From Neoconidiobolus thromboides FSU 785 (lineage: Eukaryota > Fungi > Entomophthoromycota), in assembly GCA_025603075.1 (NCBI GenBank), contig MU626391.1, positions 1 through 56,693 on the forward strand: a stretch of 56,693 bases of DNA, in the 5' to 3' direction. Position numbers and translations under genes: made by a program. The notes under the pieces were generated by a model. The model was not told the DNA's origin. It worked only from the letters and a program-made list of their open reading frames with translations, and searched no databases. Positions within the stretch are counted from its first letter, which is position 1. Each line of letters starts with the position of its first letter. Of the stretch, positions 51,301-56,693 are shown piece after piece.

Positions 51301-51679
51301 TTACTCGGTGGAAGCCTTCTTGATGAAAGCAACAAGATCAGCACGATCCTTGGCTTTCTTTAATCCAGCGAATACCATCTTGGTACCTGGAATATATTTC
51401 TTTGGGTTCTCAAGGTAGTCAAAGAGACTCTTCTCGTCCCAAGTTACACCAGCATTTTTATTGGCTTCAGTGTAACTGTAGTTTTCGGCTTGACCAGAGC
51501 TACGGTTGAATACACCATAAAGATTTGGACCTTGACCATGTTTGCCACCTTTGTTGATGGTATGACATTGGGCACAACGAGATTGGAAGAGCTTAGCTCC
51601 TTTAGTAGCATCACCTATAATAGTTGATAAATATAAATAATCATAAGTATAATAATAATTTACCTGAAGTAGCAGACAT
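51301..51679 (-). CDS. CYC1: Cytochrome c, 2 exons
   Basis: MSATSG|[18 protein letters not shown]...GPNL...[21 protein letters not shown]; not in the ORF track. Confidence 0.97.
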
Positions 51680-51775
51680 TTTTAGTTGTGAATAGATCTA
51701 ATAGATTGATAAAGATTAATCAATTTTTTGAGATCTCATTTTTATATCATTTCAAACCGAAATTTGAGCAAAACC

Positions 51776-51874
51776 CCAATCTTTTGGTTTGGACTCAGTA
51801 ACCAATCAAAGTTTACTCAACCGCTTTGAATTTAGCCAATTATTATCGCGGATGATTCCTGCATTTCTCATTGG
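51776..51874. promoter_or_regulatory. Cluster of four CCAAT boxes upstream of cytochrome c
   Basis: CCAAT at 51776, 51802 and 51836, ATTGG at 51870, in a locally GC-richer patch about 100-200 bp from the ATG. Confidence 0.55.
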
Positions 51875-52277
51875 TTGCACCGGGGTTGCATAGGAAATTT
51901 AATTAAACCACGCTTCGCTTTTAAAGGCATCGATGTCCTTTTGGATTAATCGCTGATTAAGATTGATTAGGTTTTAGATCAGTTGACTAAGATCTTTAAT
52001 ATGATTACATTAATCCCATAATAACTAGTGATACTAATTAAGTATTATTTTTTAGTTTTAGATTAGACCAAAAAAGGCTGCATAATTTATTTAAGCTCCT
52101 ATTTTCATTCAAATTTAACTAAATATTAAATTATTAAATACTTTTAATATTTTATAACATTATATTAATAAAATACTGATTATTGACTTATCTAATAAAA
52201 CTTAACTTCCAAGATTAGTATATAAACCTTTTCAGTATATGTTTAGACAAATACTTTTATTTAAAAAACAGTTTTAG

Positions 52278-52760
52278 TAAAAACAAATGAATACCAACAC
52301 TTACAAGGTATTCTTGAACAGATAAAAAGTTACGGAAAATTATCTCCTAGTAAAGAATATGAGGCAAATGTTACTGCTGTTACACACATTCTTTCAGAAC
52401 TTACATATGAAACACATGAGAAAGGACATGTTGTTATAATATATTATATTATGAGAGATATTCTTGTTGATGTAGTTGAAATTTTCAAAAGGTTAAAGAC
52501 TGATGAAGCTATACTTGAAAACAGCTATCATCCTGAAAGATTCATAATAGTACCTGAAGGATCCCCTTTATTGGCTATACAATGTAAGCATTATGCATAT
52601 CAAAATCAGCAGCTTACTGAAGAAGATAATGATCAAATATTAAGTTACATGCTTGCTATAAGATATCCATATCCTATGCTACTATCCAGATACTGAGCAG
52701 AGTTTTTGCCTACTGCAATTATGAAATCAGAGTGATTGTTCAAATAGAAACAGATAATGC
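52278..52760 (+). pseudogene. Orphan exon or relic with a PD-(D/E)XK nuclease-like signature
   Basis: Frame is open from ~52265 to 52696 (longer than the track ORF): HPERFIIVPEGSPLLAIQCK...QILSYMLAIRYPYPMLLS, then a frameshift or stop. Confidence 0.35.
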
Positions 52761-53261
52761 TTCTCAAGACATTATGTAAGATTTTGATAAAATAGTTAAT
52801 CATGTTTGCAGCATGCAGGTATCATAAAAATTGTTATTAAAAAAGGTGTATTTGCTGAAACCACTTCCTTAAGAGCTTCTCGGTATTTTTAAAAAAGTAT
52901 ATTATTATCATTATCTTGTTATTCCTAATTTTTATACTATATCTAGTAGCAAAAATAGCGATATTTTCACAAAAATCTGTTCATAAACTCATATACCTCA
53001 TAATCATTCAAAGTTTTTTAATTTGAACTGGTTAGCTATTTTTTCTATTTTTTAATAAACATACTTTGCTAATAATTAGATTTGAATATTGAATTTTTAC
53101 AATTGAAATGAAAATAAAATTTCAAAATAATAAAGTAAAATATTTAAACTTGGTAATTTAATATAAGTTAATTATAATATTTGATAGTTTTTATAGTATT
53201 GGTTTGAGGGCTAGTATAGTTGTGTTGTGAGTCAAATTTAAAATTTGGAGTTTATAAAACA

Positions 53262-53367
53262 AAATGAGGAGGTGTTTTCTATGACTTTATCAGTTTCTCC
53301 ATTTTTTAAGGGCTATTTGAGTAGAATAATTACTAGTGAAATTCTTATAAAAAATACATCCCCAAAT
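53262..53367 (+). mobile_element. MITE copy 15, variant subfamily
   Basis: ATGAGGAGGTG...AAGGGCTATTTGAGTAGAATAATTACTAG...ATACATCCCCAAAT. Confidence 0.8.
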
Positions 53368-54114
53368 ATTGAATAATAACAATATTGTAAATGTAGTAGT
53401 ATTCAAGCGTAGAATTATCAAGCCAAATTTTGATGACAAGTATTATATCATGTTTAAGATATCATATCACTATCTGTATTTTAAATATTATTATTATTTA
53501 ATATTTCAATAGATTTAATGAAAGTAATTTTCACGATTGTGCTTTGAGCCTATTTTTTAAAATGGCTTTAAATGAAATAAACAACATAACTACTATTATA
53601 ATAACTCCCTCTATCCTCCGAATTATCCATACATAAATAGTTTGTTATCACAGCTTTTAACTTTCATAATAAAATGATTTTTTTAATAATAATGACAAGG
53701 CTTCTCCTCTCTTGTTAAGTTTCCATACTATTTATTTAAACCTACATCATTAACTAGATTTTTATTTGAAAATATACTTAAGCTAGTATTAAAAACCATG
53801 TCATTACTAAAATGATTTATAAATGTACAACATCTGGAATGATCTAGTTTAATTATTCTTTGCTTTTTTTAAAGGCTAATAATTACAATTGTAATTTACG
53901 AATTTTATCTAAGCATGCTATAAATAATATTAAGTTATACTGAAATGATTCGATGATTTAAATGAAAGTGTAAATACATGCTAATATTCTCAAAGGTTGA
54001 GACTGTCTCTCCTTTAATTTTATCTAATTTTAAACTTAATTGATACAAGATAAAAATCAAATGCTTTGACTATACTTAAATTTTGAGTATTTCAAGTATA
54101 TACTACTAATGACA

Positions 54115-54219
54115 ATATGGAGATGTACTTTTTGTTTAAGAATTTTACTAGTAATTATTCTACTCAAATAGCCCTTAAAAAAATGCAGAAACTGATAAAA
54201 CCAAAGAACACCCACGTAT
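54115..54219 (-). mobile_element. MITE copy 16, same variant subfamily as copy 15
   Basis: ATATGGAGATG...CTAGTAATTATTCTACTCAAATAGCCCTT...CACCCACGTAT. Confidence 0.8.
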
Positions 54220-55699
54220 ATATTAGTATAACTATCTTGTCTTAATTTAAAGAATTTTCTTTCAAGTGTTGAATTATGTTGATTCTAAAGCCTAAATTTA
54301 GAATCTAATTGATCAAAAGTATAAAATGTACTTGTATCTATCTCATCTTGTAAAATGGAAAAACACTGGAAAATTATCCTGAGTTTTATTCTTATTGAAT
54401 TTAATCTACCTTTTATTAATGAAACTATTTAAAAAATAGTTTTTAGGCTATTTTTTTACCATTAAAGTAGCTCTATAATGCATTGACCTATTGTCATTAA
54501 AAATTAATTGCTAACTTATCTCAAATATAGTCTATAAATAGATCTATTACTATATTAGTGAACTGACTATATCATATACTTTCCATTCTATTATGTTGCC
54601 AATCAACTCAAGCTCTTTTTTAATTTTATTCACATATTCTTTTATATTAGTCATGACTTTTTATCTGGTATTTAAGCCTTTCCATTAAATGGCATAATTT
54701 ATTCTCGATTACTATGCATTCATTATTAGTTGACAAAACACTATTGAATAGTTTTTTACAATCAAAGTAACTTAATAAAAATGGCATTTTAAAGTTATAT
54801 TTTACTTATTTCTTATATATGTTTTTGGTTCATCCTTTTATGGTGGGTTTTTATATAACAATAAAAAGTTATTAATAATACTAGGTTTTGGAAGATTTTG
54901 TGACTACTTTTTAATAGTTATAAATACATAAACTATCTTAAATAATTTAAGGTTAGCTATATAATGTTAATATAGTTTAATCTTGCCAAAATTTCGTAAA
55001 ATGTTAAAGCTATTATTATTGATCTATGTGAGAACACATATTGTTTTAATATTTTGACAGTTTTTGTGCAATATGAAATACAAAAGTTGACCAAATACTG
55101 AAAAACACATCAAACAAATAATATCGAAATATTGTTTCAATAACAAAATATATAATAAAAATAAAAGGTAGTCGTTAAATATAATAAGGTATAGGAATAA
55201 AGCCACATACCCATTTTTTATTTCATTTTTATAACATAAATGTGTTCCTTTATTTAAAGATTATTTTTAGATTTAATATTAAGCTTTTTGAAGTAATATT
55301 ATTATAAGTAGGTTTGAAACTGCTATTTAGTTTGAGATTAAAGCTTTGGTCATTTTCTATAAATGTAAAACTAATTTAAAAATAAATGCTCCAAACAATT
55401 CCTAGTTTAATTTTCAGTTAAATACTAAAGTGAATATATATGCAATATAGATTATGTTGGAAAGTTTGTTGTATTCCCTACCTACATAATAAACATGTGC
55501 ATGTGCTTTACGTGTATTTATATGACGTCCTAACACTAGATTTCAAACAACTCAATTCAGTCTACTAATATAGGCAATAGTAGATAAATCCATTGATTTT
55601 AAAATACATAAAGTTCTAAGTGGCATTTGACTAGATTTATGTTTTTGGGTTGTGATGATTTGTGGTCTATAAGAAGGAAATAATACAGTTGAGTTTAAA

Positions 55700-55804
55700 A
55701 TATGGGGATGTATTTTTAGATTTAAGAATTTTACCAACAATTTTTCCGGTAAATGGCGCTTAAAAGATAGAAAAAGCAACGAAACCAAAAAAACACTCTT
55801 ATAT
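55700..55804 (-). mobile_element. MITE copy 17
   Basis: ATATGGGGATGTATTTTT...GGCGCTT...CACTCTTATAT. Confidence 0.82.
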
Positions 55805-56193
55805 AGTATGTTTTTAAGAATTTAAGGATTTTTTTGAAATTTAAGGTCAAATAGTGATACTACTATCTCAGTTTAAACATGAATTGGGTATTTTCGATTT
55901 TGTATTATCTGAATAAAACCATGACAACTATTTCTATTTTCATATTCAGCAAATACAAAATTGAAAATGCTCGATTTATGTTTAAATTGAGTCAATAGTA
56001 TTTCGCTGAAAGAAATATATTTTACTAATTTTTTTATTTGAAACAAAAACTCTCTAAATTTAGAACTCAAATTCAAGCACTTGTGAATATGGTCAAAACC
56101 AGAAAACTACAGGAAAATCAAAAAGTTAACTAAAGCTTTGGTAAAAAGGAAAGTATAAATTGCGATGAAAACAGCTTACAAAACTTTATAAAA

Positions 56194-56693
56194 ATGAATA
56201 ATTTTCTCTATTTAACTATTCCTTTATTGATATCCAGTGAAGTGTACAGTTATAACTGTCCAAAGCCCACTGATACCTGTCGTTCTGGCTATAATAGTTT
56301 CTCATTTTCAGACCCTAAAGCTCCACAATGCTGGTCAGAAGGCTACAATGGTTGGCAGTGCACTGCTAAACAAAGCGATACCTGCAATGAACGCAATGGT
56401 CAAATTGATATTGGAAAATGTAAGCAGCCAACTCTTGAATGCCCAAAGGCCACCGACTCTTGTTTAGTTGGTGATATTGCCTACCTTGCATCTCAATCAT
56501 TTGCGCCAAAATGTTGGGCAAAAAATCCATCAGCTACATTTGGATGGTCCTGCCAAGGAAATTCAAGTACTAAATGTGATGCCTCTAAAGGCGAAATCGA
56601 TTTAACTACTTGCAAAATTCCTCCTCCAATCCCAGTACCTGAATGTCCAAAAGCTACAGATACTTGTCAATCTGGTACTTCAAGCTTTAAAGC
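56194..56693 (+). CDS. Secreted protein with tandem six-cysteine repeats, 3' end beyond the window
   Basis: Open frame from ATG to the window end; signal-like MNNFLYLTIPLLISSEVYS, then CPKPTDTC.../CPKATDSC.../CPKATDTC repeats. Confidence 0.85.
   Translation, partial: MNNFLYLTIPLLISSEVYSYNCPKPTDTCRSGYNSFSFSDPKAPQCWSEGYNGWQCTAKQSDTCNERNGQIDIGKCKQPTLECPKATDSCLVGDIAYLASQSFAPKCWAKNPSATFGWSCQGNSSTKCDASKGEIDLTTCKIPPPIPVPECPKATDTCQSGTSSFK

Noticed and set aside
54560-54660. MTNIKEYVNKIKKELELIGNII, reminiscent of copia gag
   Set aside because: A single short amphipathic stretch with no supporting motifs or LTR.
56237-56467. 76-aa track ORF
   Set aside because: Alternative frame overlapping the real Cys-repeat ORF that starts at 56194.

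Overview
AT-rich eukaryotic window with many short (~45-60 nt) GT-AG introns. Gene content and structure point to an early-diverging fungus; a Zoopagomycota/Conidiobolus-like source is my inference and was not checked by search. I reconstructed about 23 protein-coding genes by hand, many missed or fragmented by the ORF track: SEC17, a 47-aa sORF, TOA2, a compact Xrn1-like exoribonuclease, RVB1, a Kelch single-pass membrane protein, a divergent CFAP20/Bug22, a homeobox factor, POL2, TIM8, an SQ-cluster/FHA/pseudokinase, an Oca/Siw14-family protein, a MAPR cytochrome-b5-like protein, a small multipass membrane protein, MPP6, SF3B5, PRKRIP1, a hotdog thioesterase, SHO1, UTR4, UBL3/MUB, cytochrome c, and the 5' part of a secreted protein built from six-cysteine repeats. 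Mobile DNA: 17 copies of one ~105-bp MITE bounded by ATAT-GGGG...CCCC-ATAT, two copies of a ~464-bp LTR (one a solo LTR with a 4-bp TSD), and decayed relics (HTH transposase-like, LINE RT-like, LRR-like, nuclease-like). No rRNA, tRNA or CRISPR was seen. The strongest leads are the 6-Cys repeat secreted protein, the ciliary protein CFAP20 in a probably non-flagellated fungus, the Chk2/Rad53-architecture pseudokinase, the truncated Xrn1 paralog, and the MITE family with its palindromic dimer. All coordinates and identities are hand-derived.
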